Positions 10,026 to 19,828 of a stretch of DNA of 64,000 bases are shown here, in pieces (position 1 is the stretch's first letter; each line of letters opens with the position of its first letter). Both the position numbers and the translations under genes were made by a program. The notes beneath the pieces are model-generated. The model saw only the letters and a list, made by a program, of their open reading frames with translations, did no database searches and was not told the DNA's origin. This DNA is from Alphaproteobacteria bacterium (GTDB lineage Bacteria; Pseudomonadota; Alphaproteobacteria; SHNJ01). The stretch lies in contig SHNJ01000010.1 of the NCBI GenBank assembly GCA_004295055.1, positions 2,136 through 66,135 of the forward strand. The letters run 5' to 3'.

Positions 10026-11714
10026 TTAGCGCGACTTTTCATGCACAATATAGCGCGCGCTTAATTGAAGGCGGACGGGATTGTCATCGACTTTAAGCGG
10101 AAATATAAGGGCTATTCCCGCTTCAGCTTTGTTGCGATCAAAAACCCTTTGCTCATCCCTGGTTAAATCTGCGCGCAAGGCCTCTAACGGTTGTCTTGGA
10201 ACGCCCTTATATTCATAAGCTGCTGTGGTTAGCATATCAATGCGATTGCGAGTGGGAGAACCTTCGGCAAATTGATTGCCAGCATCCCTTAAAGCTTCTA
10301 CATAATATAGCCGCCAATCAAAGAATCCAACCACCGTTACTGGGTATGCCCGTTGAGGTTGTTTAAGCACGGGCGACACCAGGTCCTCGCCCGAATTTGT
10401 TGTCAATACATCCGCATATAGAGCTTTAGGAGATTGCTTAACTTGCGCCGATACTTTTTCATCCGTTGTTTTCTTAATATTTGCAAGATCTTTTGCAACG
10501 GCTTCTTGCTGTGAAAAATCTTCTCTATATTGTTGCACCGCAGGAACTACAAATTTCTGAAAAAGCGTTTTTGGCGTAATTGGACCGCTATTGCTCTCGG
10601 GCGATAAAAAATCCCTCAACAATTTCGCATCATTTTCCAACAATCGGGATAAAATCGCCGCTGAATCGTAACTTCGTTCTGATGGCTGTAGCACGCTAAG
10701 ATTAAGAAAATCGTTCCAAGTTGCTTCGGCTAAATATTCCCTGGCCTTTTGCAAATCGCGGCGCCATTCCTGCGAATCAGCGCCATGGTTTTGATATGAA
10801 ATCTGCAAAAACCGAGCCACTGCATATGTTTCGGCCCGTTGTTCCGATACATCATCCGATTTATTCTGGGCCGCAGTGCTGGTATTGCCTAAATAATCAT
10901 GACGATGGCCATCTTCGTGCAAAGCAACAAGAACGGAACGATCATAGTCTGTTAATTGCGGAACAAAATTATTGTAAAATACATGATCAACATAAGAATT
11001 TTTGTATTCTTGAACAGAAGTGTATCCAAGGGTGAATAAAGAATTATGCGGAGACAATACCGTGCTTGTATTCATCGCTTCCAGCCAACTGTAAACAATG
11101 CGATTTTCTTCCGCGCCGGTTACTTGATACAAAACGGATGCGTAACTTGTGGTGTTAGTTGTTTGGTTGGCTGCGCCATTCTGAACATCAACATGTATTC
11201 TTGGCCGCATATCCTGCATTAAGAAATAATCTTCGGTGGAGCGATAATCGGCAAAAACATAAACATAATTAGGTTGAACGTCTCTACGGGCGTCGCTAAG
11301 CGCTAGGCGTATATTTCTATAATCATCGGAATTACCGAAACGTAAATATTCCGGTATAAAAGAATCGCGGTAAATAACTGCTGTTGTCGCGCTATACCCC
11401 ACAAAAGCGACTTGATTTTCTTGCCGCAGGAATTCAACGAATTGCCGATCGGACGTTGATAACGATTGCGATCCAAGAATAACATGCGCTGCATTCTTGG
11501 ACGGTTCCGCAGGGGTCGGTTGTGGAGAATCCGCAATTACAGAATTTGACGGTTCAGCAACCGGTGCTGAAGATTGCGTTATGCTTGTCGATGAAGATAT
11601 GGCGATATCGGATAAAGGTTGCGCCGGTTTTTGGACAGCGGTGGCCAATGCCATTAGGCCCAGAGTCATGCCCCAAGCGTATGGAAAATTTGGCCTTTTT
11701 ACAGTTTTTTGCAT
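10026..11714 (-). CDS. Secreted 562-aa hypothetical protein with a signal peptide and an HEDGH (HExxH-like) motif. It may be a Zn-metallopeptidase-like protein.
   Basis: The N-terminus MQKTVKRPNFPYAWGMTLGLMALATA looks like a signal peptide. The motif ALHEDGHRHD lies in mid-protein. No other recognisable family was seen. Confidence 0.55.
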   Translation of the reverse strand: MQKTVKRPNFPYAWGMTLGLMALATAVQKPAQPLSDIAISSSTSITQSSAPVAEPSNSVIADSPQPTPAEPSKNAAHVILGSQSLSTSDRQFVEFLRQENQVAFVGYSATTAVIYRDSFIPEYLRFGNSDDYRNIRLALSDARRDVQPNYVYVFADYRSTEDYFLMQDMRPRIHVDVQNGAANQTTNTTSYASVLYQVTGAEENRIVYSWLEAMNTSTVLSPHNSLFTLGYTSVQEYKNSYVDHVFYNNFVPQLTDYDRSVLVALHEDGHRHDYLGNTSTAAQNKSDDVSEQRAETYAVARFLQISYQNHGADSQEWRRDLQKAREYLAEATWNDFLNLSVLQPSERSYDSAAILSRLLENDAKLLRDFLSPESNSGPITPKTLFQKFVVPAVQQYREDFSQQEAVAKDLANIKKTTDEKVSAQVKQSPKALYADVLTTNSGEDLVSPVLKQPQRAYPVTVVGFFDWRLYYVEALRDAGNQFAEGSPTRNRIDMLTTAAYEYKGVPRQPLEALRADLTRDEQRVFDRNKAEAGIALIFPLKVDDNPVRLQLSARYIVHEKSR

Positions 11715-11900
11715 AGAAAAAGTATATCATATTTTATCCTAAAAGGAAACTATCTTTTATATGATAATATATTGAAAATAAATGATATTTACCTGTTTGC
11801 GCGGGGGCTATAATCGGTTATAGTGAAATTCTGGCGCCGCAAAGCGATTTGTAATCTTTGCGGGCATTTTTTTTGTTTTTCTAAAGAAGGAATAAGAGGC

Positions 11901-12374
11901 ATGGAAAAAGTCCCGATGACTCTGCAAGGTTTTGAAACCTTGGAAAAAGAATTGAAGAATTTGCGTTCGGTTGAACGCCCCGCCGTAATCGCCGCGATTG
12001 CCGAAGCGCGCGCGCACGGCGATTTGTCCGAAAACGCGGAATATCACGCTGCTCGCGAGAAACAAAGTTTTATCGAAGGCCGCATTTTGGAACTCGAAGA
12101 TAAACTCAGCCGCGCAGAAGTGATCGACCCATCTAAATTCGACGGTAAGACGATTAAGTTCGGCGCGCATGTGGTGTTAGAAGACGAAGATTCCGGCGAC
12201 GAAGTCAAATATCAAATCGTCGGCGCTGACGAAGCGAATTTGGAAAAAGGCCGTATTTCGATCATCTCGCCCCTGGGCCGCGCGTTGATTGGCAAAGCAC
12301 AAGGTGATTCGGTCGAAGTCACGACGCCGCGCGGATCGAAATCGTATGAAATCATGCAAGTGAAGTTTGCGTAA
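11901..12374 (+). CDS. greA: Transcription elongation factor GreA.
   Basis: [21 protein letters not shown]...[16 protein letters not shown] matches the GreA N-terminal coiled coil. The start was chosen at the internal Met at 11901, which is preceded by an aagagg RBS. The ORF-track start at 11823 gives a non-conserved extension. Confidence 0.9.
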   Translation: MEKVPMTLQGFETLEKELKNLRSVERPAVIAAIAEARAHGDLSENAEYHAAREKQSFIEGRILELEDKLSRAEVIDPSKFDGKTIKFGAHVVLEDEDSGDEVKYQIVGADEANLEKGRISIISPLGRALIGKAQGDSVEVTTPRGSKSYEIMQVKFA

Positions 12375-12381
12375 ATAAATA

Positions 12382-13851
12382 TTACGCCACTAATTCTGCT
12401 TCTCTGGTTTTAGCTTTAGCTGCAACTCTGGCCGCGACATCCGAAATACGCGCATTCATGGGCGGCGGTAATGGCCTTGAGTCAACCTTGCTCATGGGAA
12501 CCAGGCCGTCAGGCATTCCCGGGGTTGCGTAAACAACGGGTTCGGAACCAATAGCGGCAATATTCGCAGGCACAGTTACAACACGCACTGTCACAGTCGG
12601 ATCACTAAATTCATTCTCAGAAGCCCGTATCGGTGTTGCGCGCTGTCTTGTTGGCGATGGCGGCGGGAGAATTGGAACCGCCTTAACCGCAGGCACAGAA
12701 GCTGCCACCGCCGCAGCCGGAACAGCTTTGCGGGTTGCGGCAACCGGCACAACCGCTTTTAATGGGGGTCTTTTTACACCAGTTAACTTATGGCTTAATG
12801 CCTCCGCCCATAATCGCTGATGATTTTCAACCGTGGATGGATGCAAAATTGAAACCGATTTTATAACTGGTTTTGGTTCGTCTTTTTTTGCTTTGGCTGT
12901 TCCTTGCGCAGTTGCTTTTTCTTCGGCGTGCGGTTTAATTCCGGCGATAGACTTAATTTCCAATTCCGATTGAAGATCGGCAATACCAGCCAATACCCGG
13001 TCTATTTCTTTTTCTACTTCACCGCCTTCTTTAACGTCTATCTGGCCCTTTCTCCACCGCATTAATGATGCGGCTATTTCCGTGTTCTTTGTGCATGCCT
13101 TGCCATACGCATGGGCAGCCGCCAACATAATCGCATTGTTCGGCGTATTGGTAATCGCAATCAATCGCATGAATCCGCATACGGCATAATTTTCAGCCGC
13201 TGGAAAATTGGCGCGATAAGCCTGCGCAATCTGTTCGTTTTCAAGAATCCGGTGACGCGATACGTATCCTAAAACAGTTAGGCCATTTTGAACAACGCAA
13301 CCGCTGCGGCATTCGCCTTCGGTGGTATTTTGCTTAAATTTATAGGGTGTTGTATACCTGGATGATTCCCCGCCGGCTTTACCATCTTGATTTTTTCCAT
13401 TTTGAGCCAAAAGCCATAATGGTCCGGTTCTTCTTTTTCCACGGACGGGTTTTTCTGTCCCGGCGGCCATGCCCATTATGGCGCGAATTTTTAAAATAGG
13501 AACCGTTAAAACATCTTCTACCGATCCGTCATTTTGCTCGGCTTTTTTCAATTCTCTGCCCGTTTCAGCAACAACAATATCCACGGCCTCGGTCAAACAT
13601 TGGTGAACGAAAATGGCTTTGGCGGATCGATTATAAAAATCAATATTAGATGGCTGGAACAAATTTCGTTTCTGCATATCGTCAATGACTTCTTTGGCCC
13701 ATCCCACAAGTTTGTCGGCATCGTCCATATTGCCGACCAAGCCCTTATTACCGCGAACTTCCGTACGATAACGGTGCAGACGTTGTTGCAAACCCTCAAA
13801 ATGACCCGATCGCATTAATGCGTCGCTACTCTTATTCATACCCATACCCAT
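12382..13851 (-). CDS. 489-aa hypothetical protein with a Pro/Ala/Val-rich C-terminal third. It looks effector-like and has no recognisable domain.
   Basis: Long intact ORF with coding-like composition. A C-terminal low-complexity tract (PPLKAVVPVAATRKAVPAAAVAASVPAVKAVPILPPPSP) is present. Confidence 0.5.
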   Translation of the reverse strand: MGMGMNKSSDALMRSGHFEGLQQRLHRYRTEVRGNKGLVGNMDDADKLVGWAKEVIDDMQKRNLFQPSNIDFYNRSAKAIFVHQCLTEAVDIVVAETGRELKKAEQNDGSVEDVLTVPILKIRAIMGMAAGTEKPVRGKRRTGPLWLLAQNGKNQDGKAGGESSRYTTPYKFKQNTTEGECRSGCVVQNGLTVLGYVSRHRILENEQIAQAYRANFPAAENYAVCGFMRLIAITNTPNNAIMLAAAHAYGKACTKNTEIAASLMRWRKGQIDVKEGGEVEKEIDRVLAGIADLQSELEIKSIAGIKPHAEEKATAQGTAKAKKDEPKPVIKSVSILHPSTVENHQRLWAEALSHKLTGVKRPPLKAVVPVAATRKAVPAAAVAASVPAVKAVPILPPPSPTRQRATPIRASENEFSDPTVTVRVVTVPANIAAIGSEPVVYATPGMPDGLVPMSKVDSRPLPPPMNARISDVAARVAAKAKTREAELVA

Positions 13852-14083
13852 ATATTTTATTGTTTCTGTAAAGGTTATAACATATTGTTACTGTTTTGTG
13901 AAATCTAATATACGTCACTCAGTACAAAAAATTGATGATAAAATCAATATAATTCAATATGTTACATACAATTGAATTTTGGGCTGTTTTATTTCGCCAA
14001 AATAGCGGCCTTTAAAATATCTGAAAAAGAACTGTACAGATCCAGATCATAAAGTTAAGATTTGGAACAAAGGGTACATAATA

Positions 14084-14794
14084 ATGGACAGCAGAGAAAA
14101 GGGTCACAATCCAAGAACCGTCTTTCTTACCTTAAAAGGAAAAGCGTTATCCCCTACCCATTACTTTCCACACCTAAAAGATTCTGTCAGCCTTAACAGT
14201 CTGTCATCGGCCCTGCATACTTGGCGGCAAATGATAACGGATCAATATGACAGGGCTGGATTGCCGGCCGAACTGACAGAAAGATGCCAAAGATTTTATT
14301 TCTTCAGCCCAAAAGAAGTTTTCAACCAAATAAGGCCGGGAATATTCCATGCGGTGGGATTGGACGAAAATTTATTGATCGAAGTGGCTTATCAAGCCGC
14401 CGATAAAAAATCCCAGCGCCAAGTTTGGCATGAAATCTATGCCAAAGCAGCGGCGAAAGTTTTGATACAAAAAGTTCAAGGCGCGGTTATTCCGGTTGTA
14501 GTTTATGGATATGAAGAATACGCGCAACAATGCCTGCCATCCATGCCCGGTCCGGGGGATTGGGCCAATTTCGGTCAGGATTGGTTGCAATTAGACGATT
14601 TAATCCGGCAAAATGGCGATCCAGCCGCGTTCCGGGCATTGACCGAATTTCGAGAAACAATCAAAAGCGCCGGCTGCCGATTGGTGATTATCACCCATAT
14701 GGCTGTTGATACCCCGCCCAGAAACGGCGTTACAATGGCCAGCACCAGTTGGAGTCTAGGCCCATATGCCAGACAAGTAATTCAGATTGAATAA
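14084..14794 (+). CDS. 236-aa hypothetical protein.
   Basis: Intact ORF followed by a perfect hairpin terminator. No family was recognised. Confidence 0.45.
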   Translation: MDSREKGHNPRTVFLTLKGKALSPTHYFPHLKDSVSLNSLSSALHTWRQMITDQYDRAGLPAELTERCQRFYFFSPKEVFNQIRPGIFHAVGLDENLLIEVAYQAADKKSQRQVWHEIYAKAAAKVLIQKVQGAVIPVVVYGYEEYAQQCLPSMPGPGDWANFGQDWLQLDDLIRQNGDPAAFRALTEFRETIKSAGCRLVIITHMAVDTPPRNGVTMASTSWSLGPYARQVIQIE

Positions 14795-14828
14795 ATAAAA
14801 AAGGCGCCGGAAGGCGCCTTTGATATTC
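14795..14828. terminator. Bidirectional rho-independent terminator (ggcgcc-ggaa-ggcgcc flanked by A and T runs) between convergent genes.
   Basis: The sequence is aaaaaaggcgccggaaggcgcctttga. It can serve the + gene ending at 14794 and the minus-strand lrp ending at 14843. Confidence 0.7.
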
Positions 14829-14842
14829 GATTCACAAAACCG

Positions 14843-15337
14843 TTACGCGGCTTTGGAAAAATCTTCTTCATCCACCGGCACGCCCGGAGCATATTTGCTG
14901 GTGCGTACGCACAACATCGACTTAACGTTGGCAACACCCGGAGCGGATGTCAGTTGGGTTGTCAAAAACCGCTGATAGTCATCCCAGTTATGGGCAACGA
15001 TTTTCAAGATAAAATCGGTTTCGCCAGCCATCATGTGGCATTCGCGAACCATTGGCCAGCTGTTGATGCGGGATTCAAACGATTTCAAATCGCCTTCCGA
15101 CTGGCTGGCAAGACCAACCAAGGCAAATACGCATACGCCGTAATTTAACGCTTCGGCCGAAAGATCGGCGTGATAACCTTTGATATAACCGGATTCTTCC
15201 AGGGCGCGAACGCGGCGCAAACACGGCGGCGCGGAAATACCGGCACGTTCGGCCAATTCAACATTGGTCATACGGCCATTGCCCTGCAAATCGCGCAAAA
15301 TTTGGCGATCAATTTTATCTAACTTAATTCTCTTCAT
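14843..15337 (-). CDS. lrp: Lrp/AsnC family transcriptional regulator.
   Basis: An N-terminal HTH (LDKIDRQILRDLQGNGRMTNVELAERAGISAPPCLRRVRALEESGYI) is followed by a RAM/AsnC C-terminal domain. Confidence 0.9.
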   Translation of the reverse strand: MKRIKLDKIDRQILRDLQGNGRMTNVELAERAGISAPPCLRRVRALEESGYIKGYHADLSAEALNYGVCVFALVGLASQSEGDLKSFESRINSWPMVRECHMMAGETDFILKIVAHNWDDYQRFLTTQLTSAPGVANVKSMLCVRTSKYAPGVPVDEEDFSKAA

Positions 15338-15577
15338 AAATGACTCCCAACAAGAAGGATTGCAATGTTATGTTGACACCGCAATTTTTAAACTATTATT
15401 GTTCTCTACCTGATTGATTGAATTACCCACTTCTAAATCAGCAAATTCCATAAGATTTTTATAGGATAAGTCTGATTTTTGAACGGATGTTGCTTTGTTT
15501 TAAACAGATTTACTTGCCTTCGCAAGTAGAAAATTCTAAAAAAAGGCATAGTTTATATACAAGAATAACAAAGGTTA

Positions 15578-16564
15578 ATGAACATGACGGCGGCTAAAAA
15601 ACCTCTAAAACATTCAAAACTATTGATTATTGGCGGTGGCCCTGCGGGGTACACAGCGGCAATCTATGCGGCGCGCGCAGCCCTCGGGCCAGTTTTAGTC
15701 ACGGGTCTTCAACCAGGCGGCCAATTGATGACCACAACCGATGTAGAAAATTATCCCGGCTTTGCCCACGCCGTACAGGGTCCGCAATTGATGGAACAAA
15801 TGTACGAACAGGCCAAAAATGTCGGCACTGAAATTATTACCGACCATATCGCCAGCGTCGATTTTAAATCAAAGCCCTTTACCGCCCACGGAGACGAACA
15901 TACCTATACTGCGGACGCCGTGATCATTTGCACGGGCGCTCAGGCCAAATGGCTGGGCATAGAATCGGAAATGCATTTCCGCGGTTACGGCGTTTCGGGC
16001 TGCGCCACATGTGACGGATTCTTTTTCAAAAATAAAACCGTGGCTATTGTCGGCGGCGGCAACACCGCCATGGAAGAGGCGTTATATCTGACCCACCACG
16101 CCAAGGAAGTAATCATGATTCACCGCCGGGATCAATTCCGCGGCGAGAAAATTTTACAACAACGCATCGCGCAAAATCCAAAAATTAAAGTAATTTGGAA
16201 CAGCGCCGTCGATGCCGTTTTAGGCACAGATAATCCAAAGTCGGTGAATGGATTGACGTTGGTAGACAACAAAACCGGCAAAAAGCAAAATGTTGCCGTC
16301 GATGGATTATTCGTTGCCATCGGCCATGCGCCAGCAACCGAATTATTCAAAGGCCAAATCGATCTGGATAATGACGGGTATATTAAAACGGCTCCCGGTA
16401 CCGTAAAAACCAATATTCCAGGCGTCTACGCCGCCGGCGATGTTATCGATAAAATCTATCGCCAGGCTGTGACCGCCGCCGGTCTTGGATGCATGGCGGC
16501 GCTGGATGCCGAAAAATATCTAAGCCATCAATCGCAAACAACGGTGCCCGCCGCCGCGGAATAG
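15578..16564 (+). CDS. trxB: Thioredoxin-disulfide reductase.
   Basis: FAD-binding GGGPAGYTAA, redox-active CATCDGFF (CxxC) and NADPH-binding GGGNTAMEEA motifs are present. Confidence 0.92.
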   Translation: MNMTAAKKPLKHSKLLIIGGGPAGYTAAIYAARAALGPVLVTGLQPGGQLMTTTDVENYPGFAHAVQGPQLMEQMYEQAKNVGTEIITDHIASVDFKSKPFTAHGDEHTYTADAVIICTGAQAKWLGIESEMHFRGYGVSGCATCDGFFFKNKTVAIVGGGNTAMEEALYLTHHAKEVIMIHRRDQFRGEKILQQRIAQNPKIKVIWNSAVDAVLGTDNPKSVNGLTLVDNKTGKKQNVAVDGLFVAIGHAPATELFKGQIDLDNDGYIKTAPGTVKTNIPGVYAAGDVIDKIYRQAVTAAGLGCMAALDAEKYLSHQSQTTVPAAAE

Positions 16565-16570
16565 GATTTT

Positions 16571-17488
16571 ATGCCAATCAAATCGTCTAATACGTTAGAT
16601 TGGAACCGCCTGAAAATTTTTCACATGGTGGCCGAGGCCGGCAGTTTTACCGAAGCAGGACGCCGGTTACGCCTTAGCCAATCCGCCGTCAGCCGGCAAG
16701 TCAGCGCATTGGAAAAAAGCCTTAGCAATGTTCAATTATTTCACCGCCATGCGCGGGGACTTGCCTTAACCGAACATGGCCAGGCCTTGTTTGAAACGGC
16801 TCAGGAACTTGTGTCTAAATTATCGGCGACGCAAGGCTTGTTGATGGAACAGAAAGACAAAGCCGCAGGCACATTGCGAATTGCCGCGACTATTGGCATG
16901 GGCACAACCTGGCTTTCGTCCAGAATCGGTTTATTTTGCCAACGCTATCCCGAAATTAATCTGGAATTGCGCCTAAGCGATTATCCGGTCGATTTAACCC
17001 GGGCAGAAGCCGATGTCGCCATTCAGATGACCGCGCCCAACCAGCCGGGATTGGTACAGCGCCCGTTTGCCACCATCAACCTGGCGCCTTATGCATCCGA
17101 GGAATATATTCGTAACTATGGCATGCCTCAGCATCCAAAAGATTTGGATAAGCATATTTTAATTGTCTATGGACCGACAACTCCGGCCTTGTTCAATGAC
17201 GCCAATTGGCTTTTGTCGTTAGGCCGCGAAGATGAAGGCGTGCGGCACCCGCGCGTTTATATCAACAGCAATTTAGGCATGTTGAATGCCTGCGCAGGCG
17301 GCGCTGGCATTGCATCCTTGCCAAATTATTTGGCAGCGGAAAGACCAAATTTGATTTGCGTGCTGTCTGGAATTGAAGGGCCAAAAATACCAACCTATTA
17401 CGTCTATCCAGAAGCCTTGAGAAATTCTAAAAGAATTCATGTCTTACGAGAGTTTTTATTAGAGCAAGCGAGCCTTACAGAATTTTAA
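16571..17488 (+). CDS. LysR-family transcriptional regulator.
   Basis: N-terminal HTH_1 (LKIFHMVAEAGSFTEAGRRLRLSQSAVSRQVSALEKSL) followed by a LysR substrate-binding domain. Confidence 0.85.
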   Translation: MPIKSSNTLDWNRLKIFHMVAEAGSFTEAGRRLRLSQSAVSRQVSALEKSLSNVQLFHRHARGLALTEHGQALFETAQELVSKLSATQGLLMEQKDKAAGTLRIAATIGMGTTWLSSRIGLFCQRYPEINLELRLSDYPVDLTRAEADVAIQMTAPNQPGLVQRPFATINLAPYASEEYIRNYGMPQHPKDLDKHILIVYGPTTPALFNDANWLLSLGREDEGVRHPRVYINSNLGMLNACAGGAGIASLPNYLAAERPNLICVLSGIEGPKIPTYYVYPEALRNSKRIHVLREFLLEQASLTEF

Positions 17489-17559
17489 GATATTGATATA
17501 TAATAATTTTATCTATGCGTTTAACGCATGGGCATCCCTTGAATTTAGCTATTTTAAAT

Positions 17560-17735
17560 ATAACAAATTATACATATAACTGTGGTCGATAGTTGTTGTT
17601 CGAAAGGACAATTGGCTTAACTGTCAACCAGACTCCGGTCTGGAGAGTGGGTATCGCTAGATCCCGCTCACATGTCTAGAAGACATGAAGCCTCCCTGTT
17701 CAACTCGCCGGGCTTTGACCCGGCAGTTTTTTTTC
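17560..17735 (+). ncRNA. Candidate structured leader or small RNA. It has three hairpins (ccagac-tccg-gtctgg, catgtct-aga-agacatg, gccgggctttgacccggc) and ends in an intrinsic terminator 13 nt before the start codon of the next gene. It could be an attenuator or riboswitch-like element, or an independent sRNA.
   Basis: Direct observation of the hairpins and of the T8 run at 17727-17734. The terminator sits immediately upstream of the RBS and ATG at 17748. No match to a known RNA family could be made by eye. Confidence 0.3.
17704..17734 (+). terminator. Rho-independent terminator (cgccgggc-tttga-cccggcag followed by tttttttt).
   Basis: GC stem followed by T8. Confidence 0.75.
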
Positions 17736-17747
17736 TAGGGGTTATGA

Positions 17748-18602
17748 ATGCCTCGTCCGGCTCCTCGCGAACAACAAATTTTTAGCGCTTTACGCGAAAC
17801 TTCTTCAACGGATGCTGATCGCGCCAACAAAATTTTCGGGATAATCAAAAGAGACCCTTTACCGCTCAAAACATTTTTTCAAAAAACGGTTTGCAGAGAA
17901 AGCGGAATATCAGAGCAAGAGAGAGAAATTTTATGTTCTGCTATATTGCTATATGTGGAATATATCGGTTCTTTTCCACTTGGCCATACCAGTGCGCCTA
18001 AATATGGCCTGCGCATAGAATCGGACCGTCCAGTGCAAACTGCATCATGGGCGGTAATAGCCCTGCGCAATTCCGAAAAGCAGGAACAGCAGATAAAAGC
18101 AGCACAGATTATTTTGGCGGGCGCAGAAAAGCTGATAGCACCCGTTGCACCAAACACCCCGATCACAACCGATACTCTTAATTTAAAATTGGCAATGAGC
18201 CTTTATTTAGCGGTCACAAATAATACTCCGCCAGAAGAACAATATTATTATTTAGGCATACATAATTTCCGGCGGGTGGCAGAAACCATGTTACAGCAAA
18301 GCCGCACGGATTTCGCCACGACTATGGTTGAATTAAGCCATGGTTGCGATAACAATCCAGCGGCACTGGAATTGGCGACTGAATATTTGCAACGCGCGGT
18401 TCATCACATCATCACAGGAAATCCAGAAACGGCATTGGGTATTATTCCCCAATTACGCGACCGCAATCAAGCGATGCGGCATGAAAGAACATCTTTCCGC
18501 ACCCCACCATCGGATAGTATAGATTTGCAATTAAGCGCTTTAGAAATGTTGGCAACCGCTGTTGTGCAGCACCGGCAGGCTGCAAGCCGTACACCGCGTT
18601 AA
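17748..18602 (+). CDS. 284-aa hypothetical protein.
   Basis: Intact ORF with an RBS-like aggggtt 8 nt upstream. No family was recognised. Confidence 0.5.
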   Translation: MPRPAPREQQIFSALRETSSTDADRANKIFGIIKRDPLPLKTFFQKTVCRESGISEQEREILCSAILLYVEYIGSFPLGHTSAPKYGLRIESDRPVQTASWAVIALRNSEKQEQQIKAAQIILAGAEKLIAPVAPNTPITTDTLNLKLAMSLYLAVTNNTPPEEQYYYLGIHNFRRVAETMLQQSRTDFATTMVELSHGCDNNPAALELATEYLQRAVHHIITGNPETALGIIPQLRDRNQAMRHERTSFRTPPSDSIDLQLSALEMLATAVVQHRQAASRTPR

Positions 18603-19801
18603 GGCACGCAATTCTGATTAACAGGTTTAGGGCCTTGTTTAATCATGCGTTCAATAGCGGGGATAGTTTTCTTACCATAAATATTAAGGCCGCGATCCTT
18701 AGCGACATCAATGTTCTGCATTAATTTATCGGATTCCACATAATCGCTGGATTCTTCATCCATATAGGCCAAGCCAGCTTCTAAAATAGCTTCGTTTAAA
18801 ACAAATCCATCATCTATTTTACCGGGCTGAAAATCGGTGGCTTTGACTTGGTCTTTTAACAAACAGAAATTGGCTTCGTTAATTTGAACATAGGCTTCAA
18901 GCATGCCATCGGCAGAAAATAAATTCGATCCATAAAATAATTGCGGGCGGACCATTTCGGTGCAATTGCAATTTTCAAATGGATAACCGCGCGTTGCCGC
19001 CAAAGCCCTGATAAATTTAATACCGCGCTGTTTCTGGTCTTCAGTCAAGATTTTCCCTTCGCCGCCTTTTAATGAAACGCCGCGCAAACGCACCGATAAA
19101 CGATACGGTTCCGGCACCAGAACTTCGACTTCGATGACGTTTACATCTTTAACATCGACAATACGCACCCAGCCCGGCAATTCCCCATAAGTTTGCAGGA
19201 ATTTTTTCAGTAACAATTCATCGTTATCGCCGCTTTCTGTCGTTTCATTCTGAAACGATAGCGACGCCAACATCCAAGCATAAGACCAGTCGATACTGTT
19301 ATTGGCGGCATCGGCATATAATTTATTAAAATAATCGACGAACAATTCAATGCCGACGCCAGCATAAGTTTCGCCAATATTCATCCGCCGGTCTAAAATG
19401 CCAGCGCGGATATTGCCGGCTTCCTGCCCTTCTAAATACGAAGTTTGGCCTGCCGATGTTTGTCCAATATCGAACCCTTGCAACATAATTTTTCGTTCGG
19501 AATCGGAAAGGGAATTCCAATAAGTGCCGAATTTCGGTTTGTCGCCGCACAATGATTCCGGCAATGTGCACACATCTTGCGACAAAGGCGCTTTTGTTTC
19601 AGCAATTTGATTCCCGCCGGATTTCGCATTTTCTTCGGCCTTTGCTTCGACGGACTTTTTTTCAGCCGCAGCAGGATTTTCGGTTTGCGCAAAAACCAAT
19701 GTGGGGAAATATCCTAAAAACAGGACAACAATAAGAAGAACTATAATCTTACGGGATAGGGTAAAGGAAACGGGCATACTCTCTTTATAGCGGCAATCCA
19801 T
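18599..19801 (-). CDS. 400-aa secreted hypothetical protein with a signal peptide and an acidic, Lys-rich N-terminal region.
   Basis: IVLLIVVLFLGYFPTLVFAQT is signal-peptide-like. Intact ORF. No family was recognised. Confidence 0.5.
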   Translation of the reverse strand: MDCRYKESMPVSFTLSRKIIVLLIVVLFLGYFPTLVFAQTENPAAAEKKSVEAKAEENAKSGGNQIAETKAPLSQDVCTLPESLCGDKPKFGTYWNSLSDSERKIMLQGFDIGQTSAGQTSYLEGQEAGNIRAGILDRRMNIGETYAGVGIELFVDYFNKLYADAANNSIDWSYAWMLASLSFQNETTESGDNDELLLKKFLQTYGELPGWVRIVDVKDVNVIEVEVLVPEPYRLSVRLRGVSLKGGEGKILTEDQKQRGIKFIRALAATRGYPFENCNCTEMVRPQLFYGSNLFSADGMLEAYVQINEANFCLLKDQVKATDFQPGKIDDGFVLNEAILEAGLAYMDEESSDYVESDKLMQNIDVAKDRGLNIYGKKTIPAIERMIKQGPKPVNQNCVP

Positions 19802-19828
19802 GGCCGCCGCTAGAGACTTGCGGAAAAC

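Noticed and set aside
11823-11900. ORF-track start of greA at 11823 ([12 protein letters not shown]...).
   Set aside because: The extension is non-conserved and lacks an RBS. The internal Met at 11901 has an aagagg RBS and matches the canonical GreA N-terminus.
17517-17531. ATGCGTTTAACGCAT palindrome considered as the terminator of the LysR gene.
   Set aside because: The hairpin would have a 1-nt loop and no following T-run. It is more likely a protein-binding dyad (reported in the findings) than a terminator.
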